29,405 bases of DNA from assembly GCA_036172245.1 (NCBI GenBank), contig JAYWIR010000127.1, positions 62,001 to 91,405 on the forward strand, written 5' to 3'. Positions 12,390 through 24,500 of this stretch are shown here, one piece after another (the first letter of the stretch is position 1; each line of letters begins with the position of its first letter). The notes under the pieces were generated by a model. It was not told the DNA's origin. It made no database searches and saw only the letters and a list, made by a program, of their open reading frames with translations. The translations under genes were made by a program, and so were the position numbers. The stretch is from Raillietiella orientalis (lineage: Eukaryota).

Positions 12390-13940
12390 TTTTTTTTCAG
12401 CCGGATAAGCTAGGGATTAGAATATTAAAATTTTACAATAAACTTGAGAATAAAATTCGGTCTTTCTTGTAGTTTTGTTCAGTCATAACATGAGGTTCTG
12501 ATTATCTTGTTTCACTTGTCCATACCGACTTGCAGGCATATGAGGTCGTCTACACCGACGAAGGAGGCGGGAAAACCAAAAACGAACGAAAGAGAGAAAA
12601 ACGCCGGGAGGAACAAAGTTTTGTGGGGTGATGATGGAAAGGAAGGGATCACGGTACGCCGCGAGAAGGCCTCTGCATCCAATTTTGGATGAGGACAAAT
12701 GCCAGTAAATGTTTTCTTAGCCAACGCCATCGGGAAACCCTCTACATGGAGATGACTGCTTAATGAATTGCATCCCGGTTTTAATGTCCTCTCCTCGACG
12801 GAGTCCACTTCTCCAGGTTTTTGCGTATCCAACGAAGAGCTGCAATAAACGCGGTAGCTGGAAGGGCATTCCGCATCTAGAGGCGACGGAAAATGTCTTT
12901 TCGGTCCCCCACAAAAATGTTCACAATTGACGAGTGTCGATCCTGCCTTAGGCGTAGGGCCACACACTCGATGAGGACGTGAGGGAAGGTTTCCCGTTCC
13001 CCGCACCCTGCACAATTGGCATCCATGTTTTCTGACGCCCACTGAGAGAGATGTGCCCTGCAAAGGAGCACAACGCAGCACTTGCAGCGCCGTCTCCTGA
13101 CAATTCAAAAGGAGGATGCCCTCTTTCAAATGCTTTGGAAACCACTTCACCTCCTCCAGACGTATTCCGAGTAGCTCGCTGCAGCGCACAAGTCCATTGG
13201 GCGGCGCAATCTGGGTTGCAGCATCCGCTAACGACATTATGGTGAGTGGAATCTTTCAGGAATTAGCGAAGATCTTTCGCCAAGACTGGAAGATTCAACC
13301 ATTCCGTTGGGAGATATTGCTCCTTGGACGGAGGTCTACTGCGCGGAGGCACTTCAAATTCAAGCCGGGTACGCTAAGACAGGATGGATTCTACTGTTTT
13401 TTGTTGAGTACTTTCTTGACCATGACTTGGAAGCAAGTCATGATCAAGGAACATGTGATCCACACTGTCATCCATTTTCGGTTCTCTCTCCAACATGTTA
13501 AGTGCGACCACTGCCCCTAAAAGCTCGTTGGTGACGTGCTTTTGCTCATAAGGTGCGCCTCACAACAGCTGGAGATTGAAATCCCCACCTATTAGGTTGG
13601 CTCTGTGCACAACTTCCTCAGCCATCTATCCGCTCCACAGCCCTCCGAAACACCATCTGTGTTACTCGCGTTTCTTGCCGTTGGTAGTGTATCATTTGTT
13701 TACGACGAGGTAAATCCACTCACAGCACTTGAAAATCAGCTAGACACCTTAACCTTTAAAGCAGAAGCGCACATCTTTCATGGCTACCATGGACAAATAA
13801 TTTTACCGGGAACGCGACTTCGCAGGTGCTGAGAGAGCAGTGACATCATAGCAGCCGCATCAATACGATCATATCGATCTGCTTAATATGCTCTGTAAAT
13901 ATCACGTGAATCACTCGCAAAAGATCGAAATGCAAAAGAG
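12390..13940 (-). mobile_element. Internally deleted copy F: endonuclease joined to the ORF2 C-terminus and 3' end, RT absent
   Basis: IHVIF...TCEVAF, GGDFNL, SVDHMFLD, EFEVPP (13255-13940) match the copy A EN. LADAATQIAPPNGLVRC and CAGCGERETFPHVLIEC (12690-13240) match the copy A C-terminus. A8 tail at 12390-12397. Confidence 0.85.
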
Positions 13941-14958
13941 TAGCATGTTTTGTTGCCACCTGGGAAGAATGATAGCAGCCTTCAAACACGAGAGACACAC
14001 AGGACATCCGGAAGCACACTTGAAGTTTCAGAGCACTAGTCAGCCCCTTGCGCTTGTAGGCAGAACGTGAACACGTATGTGAGTACTTTCGTGAAGCTAC
14101 GGCTTAAGAGGTCTCCTACTCCAGTGATGCAGCAGAAACACTCCCATTTCTAAAGAATTCAGCAGCCATTGAGCTCCAATAATTTAATAGAACTGCGGCC
14201 AAAGGTGTGAAGGAGGCACCTTTGTTCTTCGGTGACGAAGAACAACATCACACGCCCTGAGGCAAGCCGATTGCAAGCTGTCGAGTGAGCCCAGGCGCTC
14301 TTGCAGTTCAACTCCACAAGCTGCAGCCCGCTTCCCGCAGACAGAATGACTACCTACCACATCCTCGGAGATGTTTCGCTTTCTGAGCCCCTAGAGGAAG
14401 AAGCGAGAAAGAATATGGGATGCCTACCTTGCACAGTAGGAACGGGTTCTGCCCATCTGTCTTGTACGCCTGCTGATCCGTCGCAAGAAGGCTGGAGAAG
14501 CCGCCCCCGCAGAAGCACAGCGAACCCTGAGAGGAGCGAGGTACTATTTCGTGAAGGCGATTTTCCTTCTTTCCATACGTTGAGAAAACGAAATGCGTTC
14601 GTCCTGTTTAGCCGAAGAAGCCGCGTAATCCGGGATCTCAGCCTTCAAAGGACCGCAAAGGGAATACAAACTTCACCTAAACGCACCTCTGCGGTCCGAA
14701 AAAAAATACGTCCGTTCGAGGCAGACCAAGGAGAATTCACTTACGTAATTCACAAAAAGGCGTCTTTTCGCATAGAACCCGGGGACCGAGTGAGTTGCGA
14801 AGGCAACCGTCCGGTCCGAAGGCAAGCTTGCGGGTTGGGGCGAATTGGGGATTGTGCCAGGAACGCGTTTCACCAGCATGTGGTTTGGCTGGCAGGGGCG
14901 TGCACGTTTGTGCTGCTGCGCACCAGCTTGATGGACACAGTCGCTCTCCGAAAGGCGA

Positions 14959-15570
14959 TCAGGAGCACCGATCTGCCTCATGGATTCGCTTTGCAGAGTG
15001 CACACGCACCTCGCACACCTGGCAGGCAAACGCGCCTGCACTTTGCGCCTGCAGGGCAAGCACCCGTGACCGGCGAATCTTGTTTGTGAAGAACGCAGCC
15101 CACCTCTCCTGCGCTTTTGGGCAACAGCGCGAACTGGCACACACGTCCACGGGGAGCAGCTTGCACGTGCCGCAAGCCATGGTCTGATAGGCGGAGGTCA
15201 TCTTGTCATCCCGTGAAAATGCTCGCAGCCAATTGTGACTGCATGGGACGATCAGTGGAAGGAAGACAGACGACTCCGTTGGCAAACGCTCTTGATACCC
15301 GACATTTGCGGATCGTGCAAGGACTAGGAGACAGCGATGGAGGGGAACGCGCATAGCTCGTGAAAAGAGGTCAGGGTCCTCGCTACACCCGTGAGGCTTG
15401 GGATACGTCTGACAGACAACTTCAAGATAAACATCGTGCGTCTGTGTTCGGTGGACGTTGTTATCGATATTAACCCTGACTATGGGACTGGCACTGTGAC
15501 CCTTTCTTTGGTAAGTGCCAAAAATTGTTCGCAACGGATTACCACATGTCTGTGAGCGTGATGGTGACAA
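14959..15570 (-). CDS. Possible Cys-rich coding segment of unknown function
   Basis: 203-aa open frame, GC3-rich in its 3' half, with CxxC motifs (CGTC, FACQVCEV). No family recognised. Confidence 0.2.
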   Translation of the reverse strand: MSPSRSQTCGNPLRTIFGTYQRKGHSASPIVRVNIDNNVHRTQTHDVYLEVVCQTYPKPHGCSEDPDLFSRAMRVPLHRCLLVLARSANVGYQERLPTESSVFLPLIVPCSHNWLRAFSRDDKMTSAYQTMACGTCKLLPVDVCASSRCCPKAQERWAAFFTNKIRRSRVLALQAQSAGAFACQVCEVRVHSAKRIHEADRCS

Positions 15571-17372
15571 AAGACTTTCGTCGGAGCTTTAAAAGATTCG
15601 TGACTGTGTGCGGCAAGAATCATTCCGATTTATCTAAGAAATGCGCGCTCCTATTGCAAACAATGTTTTGCTCCACTCTTCTTTGCAGAGACATACAGAA
15701 TACGAACACACCGACGTAGGACGTAGCATTTGATGCCATCCACGAATATAGCACCTAGTTCTTGCAAACATAAGAACCGAAAATAGCAAACAGGGAGCAC
15801 GAGAGAACAAAAATTTGTAAGCGTGTGTTTTCTCATCACGATCCTTCTCTCTCCCTTGGCCCTTCGTGACGAAAGCGTTTCTGAAGAAACCGTGATCTGC
15901 ACAAGTCTGGAAGCCACGAACGTCATCCTGCCTACATTGTGAATAAGGAATTATTCTTCTTCTTCCGTACGCTGTTTTCGCTTCTCTGGGAAATACAAGA
16001 AAGCGTTCGAGTGTGGAACATTGCGTACGCATATCCTGCAGAATTCGGTTGATGGAATAGCTCAGCTGCTGTTGCTGCTATCTTCAATGCAGAGAAGTGC
16101 CTCCAGGACACGTCTTCGGCGGAACTGCTGGATCCACACAGAATGCAAATCCTCGCTTTGGGGCTTCCAACATTCGAGAAAGATTCCCTATTGTGAAAGG
16201 CTCTCAAGGATGTTTCCGAGGATTGGTGCAGTTGTTCGCGCTTTGGTGCCTTTTCCCGAGATGCAGCTGTCTTCGGCAGTGGAAACCTGTGAACTCACTT
16301 CGCGGTCAGAATTATCTTGCTGCACGAAAGCATGTTTTTCTGTTTTGGATGAAAACAAAGGGCTCCGTTTGCAAGAGTCGCGATCTTCTTTCCGGCGTTG
16401 GTCGGTTCCTCATGCAAGCAATTGTTCAATGTGGATATGTGGAAAACACAGCCACAGCGTGGCTGCATGCCTCCAAGATCCTGCCTGGGCAGCATACGCC
16501 CGATGGAATACCAACGGCCATTCGCTCCGCTGCCTCACGTAACGAGCCCCGTACTTCAAGTCCTGAAGCATAACGATTTCTCCTCGATTTCCGGCATGCC
16601 GGTGTCCCCTTGCGCCCACGAATTCCACTTTACCTGAAGACTTTTTCGCCTTAGATGAACTACGGTTTCTTTCATCTTCCAGTGCACATTACTGCTTTTT
16701 TTTTTCTTCCGTATCCATTTTAAAGGAATTTAAGAATATCGGATGCTGCGATACGGAAACTCACTACGATGGCTCCATTTCAACGCGATAAACAGATTAC
16801 GGAGCGGCGACCTTCACCATAGATTCCTCTAAGAGGGATGTTCTCTGGAGGAAAAGTTCTTTGCAGTCTTTTCCTCAGGAGGAGCGCACTCATCCGATCG
16901 ATTGCGACAGCTGTAAGGCGCACGAATGTACCAGCGTACACTGAACGGAGAATCGACGTCCACACAGCAAAACCAAAAAGGATTGACTCTTTGGAATTTC
17001 AACTTCAGCTCAAGCAGGGGTTCAGTTGGGAGCAGGCGCCCGACCAGGGTGTATGGACGCTTCTTTCAAGCGTAGTATCGTAGTGGTCGTAGCCGTTTCT
17101 TCTTCACCAGTGTGGAGAAGATGCCATCCTCGCGTGAAACCACATACAGCATCGAATACTATGCTGCTTTCGCCACTCGAGACCGACGAATTAACTTATC
17201 GGAGACTAATTTACTCAAAACGACGTATGCTGACATAACCGATAGGTTCCCACCTTGAATTAGAAAACAAGTATTTCGCCACGGCGCGCTCGAAGAACAC
17301 GTCATCGAGCGTGCGTTAGATGACGGACGCCGCCGACTAGCTCCCCTCCTTGTTAACTTTGTCAACAGAGGG

Positions 17373-18698
17373 TTGAGCAGTGGCAGAAGCGAGTTTCATT
17401 GTGCCGCATATGTTGATGGCGGGAAACCGCTCAACGACGACGCTGGACGGACGTGTTCTGTGTTGCTCGAGGAGCTCGATTCCTTTTCGTCTTCTGTGCT
17501 TGTGGTGTGCCCACGTGCGTCTGCTAGAATGTTTACGGCGCTCGTGCAGGAGAAGATAAATGTGGAGGCTGCAGCGGGGAACGGAGTTTCTACCCCGGAT
17601 GTTCATCCCGTTTCTGATGCCTATGTCTCGCCACCGGCGAGAAGCCTCGCCACCGTCGTCAAGGCGACGGCAGCAAACCGAGCACCGCCAGACGAAGCGG
17701 AGCTGCAGGCATATGCAGCTCATGGCTACAAGCCTTCTCTCTGCTATCCGGTGAGTGCTTCTATCTCCGACGTGGTCGGAGAAATTCTCTGGGACGAGCT
17801 TTTGCGCGTCGGGGTCCGGCAGGACGACCTCCTGGACGTAATGCCGGTTAACGCGCTGGAGCACTGGGAGGTGCACTTCAAAGGGAAATCCCTAGTCCAG
17901 CGCCTTTTTCTCACCCCGCTTAACATACGAGGGAAGGAGGTGGACCCGTCGGCAATGGACCAGTCCTTCGTGGTTCGATTGTCCGCCGTCCAGGTGGACA
18001 CGCCCGATCGTGTGCTCGTCGGCACACATAGTGCATTCGCCACGGTGCACGCGCTGTGGAGAGCATACAATCCCATTAAAACGATTGCATCTCTCCAGAG
18101 GGGACTTGCCATGTTGCGAGTCACCATAGCAGATCGGAGGGACATGCCTACGCAATTGAAGATGGGCGATGCGATCGTTTACCTTAAATTTGCCAGTCAG
18201 CGACCGGCTTGCGGCATTTGCGGCGCAGAGAGCCACCTACCGTGGACGTGTCCTTCTCGCAACTACCGCTATTGCAAACTGCTCGGCCACTCCATTGAAG
18301 AGTGAGCCGAGCTGAAGCGCAAACGGCAGGCGAGAAATCGCCAACAATTGACCCCGTTCGCTCCAAAAAGATCCCTCGTTGTGCCACGGGTGAAATCCTG
18401 CGCAAAGGGCGGACCTTCATCGAGTGGCAGTCGCGCAAAAAAGAGCGCGGTTGCTTCGGGGATGTCACCATCCCAGACAGCCGCGCAGACGGGAAAAATG
18501 CCATGCAGCCCTGGGGGCAGATCGTCCCCTTTGATGCAACCCAAGAGTGCGACCACGTACTTAATGAAGGCTGCTGGACCGTCCGCGTCCGTTTCCTCGT
18601 CCAGGGGAAAACATGGGAAACTGTGCAAGGGCGCCTTCGGAATCGCTTCTGAAAGTCCGTGTCCCACTAAGGCCGCGGTGATCTTTTATTCTCTTTGA
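17373..18698 (+). pseudogene. ORF1 (Tx1/L1-type nucleic-acid-binding protein with zinc knuckles), copy D
   Basis: 310-aa ORF with CGICGAESHLPWTC (CX2CX4HX4C) and a second degenerate knuckle YRYCKLLGHSIEE*. TGA 18303 replaces the last Cys, and the same frame continues to 18698. True start codon is uncertain. Confidence 0.85.
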
Positions 18699-18704
18699 CT
18701 TCGC

Positions 18705-19445
18705 TTTGCACATGAAATCATGAGCCTTCTGGAGAAGAGAAGGTTAGCCTCAGTACTTCGCCCAGGAACAGCATAAGTATGCTGCGGGCTAAGAACGGAT
18801 TCGGCTACCTGTCCAAGCCGTGCAGCCGAGAGTTTCGCAAACAACTTGACGTCCGTGTTCTTGACTGTGATCGGACGTCAGTTGTTCAACTTGGGGAGGT
18901 ATCCTTCCTTAGGAAGGAGCCTCATCCTAGCTGACTGCAACGAGGCGGGAACATTGCCAACATCCCGGATCAGCTGTGTCAACTTATGCACCAAGGGGGT
19001 AAACTCTGCGGCGAAGCTTTGAAGAAACTTCGCGGGCAGGCTGTCCTCTTCTGGTACCTCCCGCCTCTCCAGTCCTTTTATTGCGGTGTAGATTTCATTG
19101 CTAGTAAAAGGCTCGACGAGGCTTCCCAACTCTTCCTCTCCTATGGCCGGGGCTCCGCAGAACCCAGGCCATAGGAGAGGAAGAGAGCAGCAGTCGCGAG
19201 GCGTACCGCTTTGAAAGCTCCCTGGCGTACAGGGAGGAATAAAATTTTTTCCCGATGTGTCGAATCGCGGCAAAACCGAGTGTTCCCTGTCCTAGTCGTC
19301 CAGCAGGGTTGAGGCCCACACTGTTAGGCTTGGCGCTTAGCCCCGGCTCGGTACTCGGCCAAGCGACGGACGTTGGTGATCCTCGCTTAACGACAGGTGT
19401 ATGAATACGCTTTTTCGTTGCGAGTACCTACCCCAATTCCGGCTC
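18705..19445 (-). mobile_element. ORF2 fragment E (EN-RT linker and RT N-terminus) of the same family
   Basis: RNEKAY...RLAEYRAG, EPFTSNEI, LLPKEG, NN*RPITVKNTDVKLFAK, QHTYAVPGRSTEANL align with copies A and B. Confidence 0.88.
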
Positions 19446-19541
19446 GTCAAGAGCGGACGTGTTTTTCCGTAGCTCCCTCAGCGAGGCTTGAGGAGAGTTT
19501 CCTTAACGAGTGTTTGTGATTTTTAACATCGCCGGTGTCCG

Positions 19542-21333
19542 ATGCCTACGATGCCAGAGGACATCGCAATGGGAGTAGGTGTATGATAGGCTAGTCCACC
19601 CACAGAGCCTACTGGATCAGGGGCATCCGTCCCGGAATCGTCCCTGCCGATCCAGGCGAGGACTTGGAGTGCCATGGTGGCAGCGCCCAGCGCCGAAGAC
19701 TTGGCAGACCAGATGGCCTATCGGGCAGCACTGTACAAACCCTCGCTGGTATAGCAGGTAGGGTTGTTTGATCCATTGTTTGATAGGCTTAGTGAACGCG
19801 CATTTACCAAGGCGCTGCAAACCGCGAATGTCAGAGAACAAGATCTCGATGGGCTCTCCGTCCTCAGCGGCGGTCAGCGGGTCGAGGTTGTATGCAAAGA
19901 CACCACCTTGACCCAACTCCTGATCACCGACCCCCTGATCGTTGATAGACGCAAGAACTTGTCGGTGACCATGGACCGCTCCGTAGCTGTCCGTCTCACC
20001 GGAATTATCAGCGGAATGACTCGCTTCCCAGTTGGTGATGAGTTAAAAAACATGGAGAAGTGCTCGCGTAGTGACCGAAGCCAACAATTTTCGAAGGTTA
20101 TTATGGTCTTTTCGGTGGCCAGGCTGCAACGCCTGTCACGGTAAAAGAGGGAGGTGGCTTACCTTACAAATTAGAGGTCGCAAATGAACCCGTTGACCTC
20201 TGCTCACGTACCAGAGTAACGGGGTTTCCCCACGTACCAAACCCCGTTACTGTGGATACTGCAATGCAGTAGGACAATTGCGCAAGCGGTGCCCGAACAC
20301 TGTGTGCGTCTTGTCCGTGTTTATGGGACACGTTCGTCGTGTGTGCCGTAAACGCCTTACCCCGGTTCCGCATGCTGCCAAAAAAGCGCAGGCTAAAATA
20401 GCAAAGTTCGAAAGACCGCAACGGAAAACTGACAGGATCCAGCCGCTATCTCCTCTTCTTAATAAACAGGCGTCGGAAGAAAAAACTCCAAAGGACGCAG
20501 AAGTGGAGTAGTGATGGAAGCAGGTTAAACAAAGGAAAGACCCCAAGAAGGAACTTAGAAAAAGCAAGGAAAAAAAGGCGGAGAAAACGACGTCCGGGAA
20601 GGCGAAAAAACCCGGTCCGCTCTCAAAAACCTTTCGCGGGTGCACGGTAGCACTGGAGCGCGTCAGCGTTCCTCAGGCTGCCACCCGGGGCGACGAGCGT
20701 CCCATCGCCGTTTCAGTCGTGCCCGGAGCTCGCGACGGCGAACCCTCCGTGCCAACAGAGGGTGAGCCGCGCGACGCGCCGGACGATACCGGAAACGTCG
20801 CGTTCGCCAAGGCTGCGGAGGTGCTTGCGGCCACACTGGCGGAACGTAAAAACCCCTCACGCAAGGCCGTGTGAAGTCCGGCTGCAGCAAAAAACTCCCC
20901 GAAGATGAGTGCGACCTAAGGCTGGAAGTACATCCTCCTTTTCGGAGGTACCCCCAGGAAGTCAGCACGCAAGTCCCAGAAGCCCAGGAGGCGTCTTCCC
21001 TCCACCAGCGTGGAGGAGAAGACGGAAGCCGTCGAAAGCGTGGGAACACCGGAGGAAGAATTCCCACGTTCGGAAGCCGTGGAGCAGGCCACCCTTACGG
21101 AGGAAGCTGAGTAGGGGGGTGAAGTCCCCTCTGCAGTCGCCGACCCCAAACAGCCCACCCCCATGGAGGAGGGCTAACAGGTAGGCGCGACCCAACCTTC
21201 GGGTGACCCGCTCGGCGCGCCGTTACCCATGGAGGAAGGGAACCAGGAACCTCCAGCAACTGACCCTCCTCCACCGCATAGCGTCCCGCCCCAGCAGGTG
21301 GTGAACGCCGCATCACCATTTTCCCAGGGTTAA
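19542..21333 (+). pseudogene. ORF1 (gag-like, two degenerate CCHC knuckles) of copy C
   Basis: YKPSL, VREQDL, EV..K, MDRSVAVRL are shared with copy D. CGYCNAVGQLRKRC and CVLSVFMGHVRRVC at ~20251-20347. Lys/Pro/Glu-rich tail with several stops, ending at TAA 21331-21333. Confidence 0.8.
20215..20251. repeat. 13-bp inverted repeat within copy C ORF1
   Basis: AGTAACGGGGTTT (20215-20227) is the reverse complement of AAACCCCGTTACT (20239-20251). Confidence 0.9.
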
Positions 21334-21520
21334 CACCTGGGCCTGCCACTCGCCTTCCGATTCACGCGGCCTGTTGGAATGTCAACGGGCTGCGCGACGA
21401 CGGTAACAGGCGAGATACAACGGCACCCTGCGTGAGCTCGACCTGGTCCTGCTGCAGGAAATCTACGTAATCACCTGTAGAGAAGTTCAGAAGATTGAGT
21501 CGATTGCAAGGAGTCGATTG

Positions 21521-24500
21521 TTTATAACCCGGGTGGGCCAGGGCGTTCATTAAAAACTATCCGGGAACACAATTCCTGCACAAAGGGAAAAACCAGAGAC
21601 GAAGGGGGTGGGATCTCCGACACGCCGGACTGTATGCCAAAAGTCCGGAACGGGAGAGAGAGGACCACAAATACACTACTATAAAACATAAAAAGAAAAA
21701 TATGAAGAGCAGGGGACTGTGGTCTTTCGTGAGTCCGTTCCTTCCTTTCAGAACCGACGATGGATGCCGGAGATCTCTCTCCTCACGCTCTCTGGTAGGT
21801 GGGCCCACTCGGGAGCCGACGAAATGCTTGCCCTGCCTAATCCGGTCGGCTGGCGAAGGATGGCCAGCTTCTCCAACTCTCGGTGGACCTTGTGGATGGG
21901 GCGGGTGCAACACACGGTTGAAACAACAGCACCTAAGGACAGGCCGCCTGGCGTGAAGAAGCGGCGCATCAAGTCTCTCGCGGTGTCCCTCTGATGAGGG
22001 AGAGCTAAGGCCAGCCTCCGCTACAGTCCTAGGAGGGCACCAAAGTCCAGGAGCAGGTGCGCAAGCGTTTCCACTTCCCTGCACAGCTTAAAGTTTGGGG
22101 AGACGACTCCCCCGGAAACAAGGTTCGCGCGCTGGTTGGAGTGAACACCGCAATGCACAATCATGATCCCGTCATGCTTCAACGAAAAAAGGGAACGCAG
22201 AAGTGTTCAAACAGGAAAAAGGGACCACAAGTTCTTCGGAACCACACTCAAGTGTTCACTCCACCGAAGGAGTCCCTTCGGAACGTGGCACGGCGTGGCG
22301 GCGTCTGCCAGCTCGCAAGTCCTCCAGCCGACAATAGGTCGCATTGTTCCTGCGATGGTGCAGGCGACCTCTTATCTCGCCGGTTCGCAACTGTCATCTC
22401 TTGCCATGAGGGCTGACAGTGCATCGGCGAGAGGGGTGACGGCCAGGCGGGTCCATTTCTCCTGCCTGTTGCACACTTCATTCACCATATAGTGAGGAAA
22501 CAGGTAAGCGCAACAGAGTTCCAGAGGCGAAACATCCTGGTGCTTTTCCCAGCCATGCAACGGTTCCTGCCGCCATTCTTCAAAGTGCGTTGGGCGGCAG
22601 GAGATACATTTATGGGCTTCCAGGAGCCGATAGAGCGGTTTCAAGGAGAACCGAAGCTTCTCGTGGCGCGCTCCGTGTGCTGCCGCAGCGACAGAAGTCC
22701 ATCTTTGCCTGTGCAGCGCCGCAGAAACAAGTGCGCGGAAGCGCACAACGGAGTGAACCAAAGGTTGGCGCATATGGCCAACATCGCAAATTGCACCTGC
22801 AGCTCTATTCTCTCCAGCGTCAGCATGCCTAAGCCAGCATTTCGACACGCAGCCGACAAGTCCTTGAGGCGGATCCGGGACCTGGCAGGTCCACACAGAG
22901 CGTTACTAAACAGGTTGTGCGCCTAGTGCTTGGCCGAGTAGGGGGCGAGCAAACTAAAACCAATGCGCGCAAGAGTAGGACAACGAAGGTGTTGCATATC
23001 GCGGCCCGCTCCGGCAGGACGAAGCTGCCATGATAGAACGGGCTTAGATCACTCATCGCCTTCCGTAGTTAGTCCGACCACACTCCCACTGAGCTGAAGT
23101 TTCGCAGCGGAACGACAGATATTATGTGGACAGAGCGCTCGGGATCCCCAGGCCGATCAAGTCGGACTGTTCCTCTTACGCCGCACCAATAGGTACGAGC
23201 ACGCTCTTGCTCCGATTTACACTCATGCCCGCTCCCCGGCGAATCAGTTTGAAGGAATGCTCGCGACCGGCCGCCAAGGTGGTCATGGGTAAAAAGAGAA
23301 GCAGGTCGTTAGCATAGATCGCCAAGGACGGCGTTCCTGGACAAGAGCTCGGCAGGTTCGCCTGCGTTAGCCTGTACGCCCTCAGCACCAAATCAAACAA
23401 GATGCTGAAGAGCAACGGGCTCAGGCTGTATACCTTTCGGATCCCACGCCACACAGGCACGCCGTCCATGGTCTGCACGCTGAAAGAAACGTTGATCAGC
23501 GCGTCGCGCCAGCCGAAGCGCAGATAGGTCACTAATTAGGCCAGGAAGCGCAAGCGTTCCAGAAGCTCCACAAGGACATTCTGGTCGACGCAATCGAATG
23601 CTTTCCACAAGTCGACTGCGACCGCAAGGGCTCCCTCCCCCACCCGACCATTCGAACCTTTGCCGGCGCACGCACCGGAATTCCGGCTGCGCACCAAGCT
23701 CCTTTCCTGTTGGAGCTCTAGCCAGGTGGTAGCTTGGAAAAGGTTTCTCTAAATGCTTCGTTTGGAACCGCATATGTCTGTACTGGGCTGATCTAGATGT
23801 TGGCAACCATTCCCAACCGCTCTGCCCAAACCTTAGCTATCAGCTCGGCGTCCGCATTCACTATTGTGATGGGACGCCAGTTGTTCATGCTCCTCAGGTC
23901 TCTTTCCTTACGGAGGAGCCGCACCTTTGCCGAACGAAACGAGGCGGGAACGTCACCTGTCTTGCGTATCAGCAAGGTGAGTTGTTGTACCAGGGGGGTA
24001 AGCTCAGTCGCGAAAGCTTGATAGAACAACGCGGGAAGGCCGTCCACCCCTGGAGCCTTGCGCCTCTTGAGCATTCCGTTGGTCGAGAGGAACTCGTCCA
24101 TTGTAAAAGGCTCGACGAGGGTCTTTCTCTCCTGTTCCCCGATCGCTGGAGCGCCTTCTGAAAGCTAAATTCGTGTGATATTCCTCTCCGTAGACGCCCT
24201 GGCATACACGGAAAAGTAGTATCTCCGCTGGCGGCCGCGGTCTCGGGCGGGTGACCAGTGTTCCTGTCCCTGCTCGCCAAGCAAGCTGGCCGATCCGGTC
24301 TGCCGGGCTTGCCTCTCGGCTCCCGCTTTGTATTCCGCCAGCCTGCAAATGTCAGGTGTCCTAGCTTAACGATGTGCCCGCAGATAGGCTCGTTCGTTAC
24401 GATCCCCGGTCCCAAAACCCGTAGTTAGGTGGTGCAGAGGGAACTCGTAGCAGAACTCCTGGGGCGACCGATTGAAGCGGTCCCAATCCTGGAGTGTTTG

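Larger units (their letters stand above)
19450..21520 (+). mobile_element. Non-LTR retrotransposon copy C (5' part: ORF1 and EN N-terminus), truncated by copy B
   Basis: ORF1 is homologous to copy D. It is followed by CWNVNGL...DLVLLQEIYV...KIE (21372-21520), which matches the copy A EN start. Confidence 0.88.

Noticed and set aside
16021..16640. Overlapping 158-173 aa ORFs as a gene or transposase
   Set aside because: No recognisable motifs or consistent codon bias in any frame.
21497..21520. 10-bp direct repeat GAGTCGATTG next to the copy B 3' end as a target-site duplication
   Set aside because: Both units lie on the same side of the element, and the stretch aligns without gaps to the EN of copies A and F, so it is native copy C sequence.
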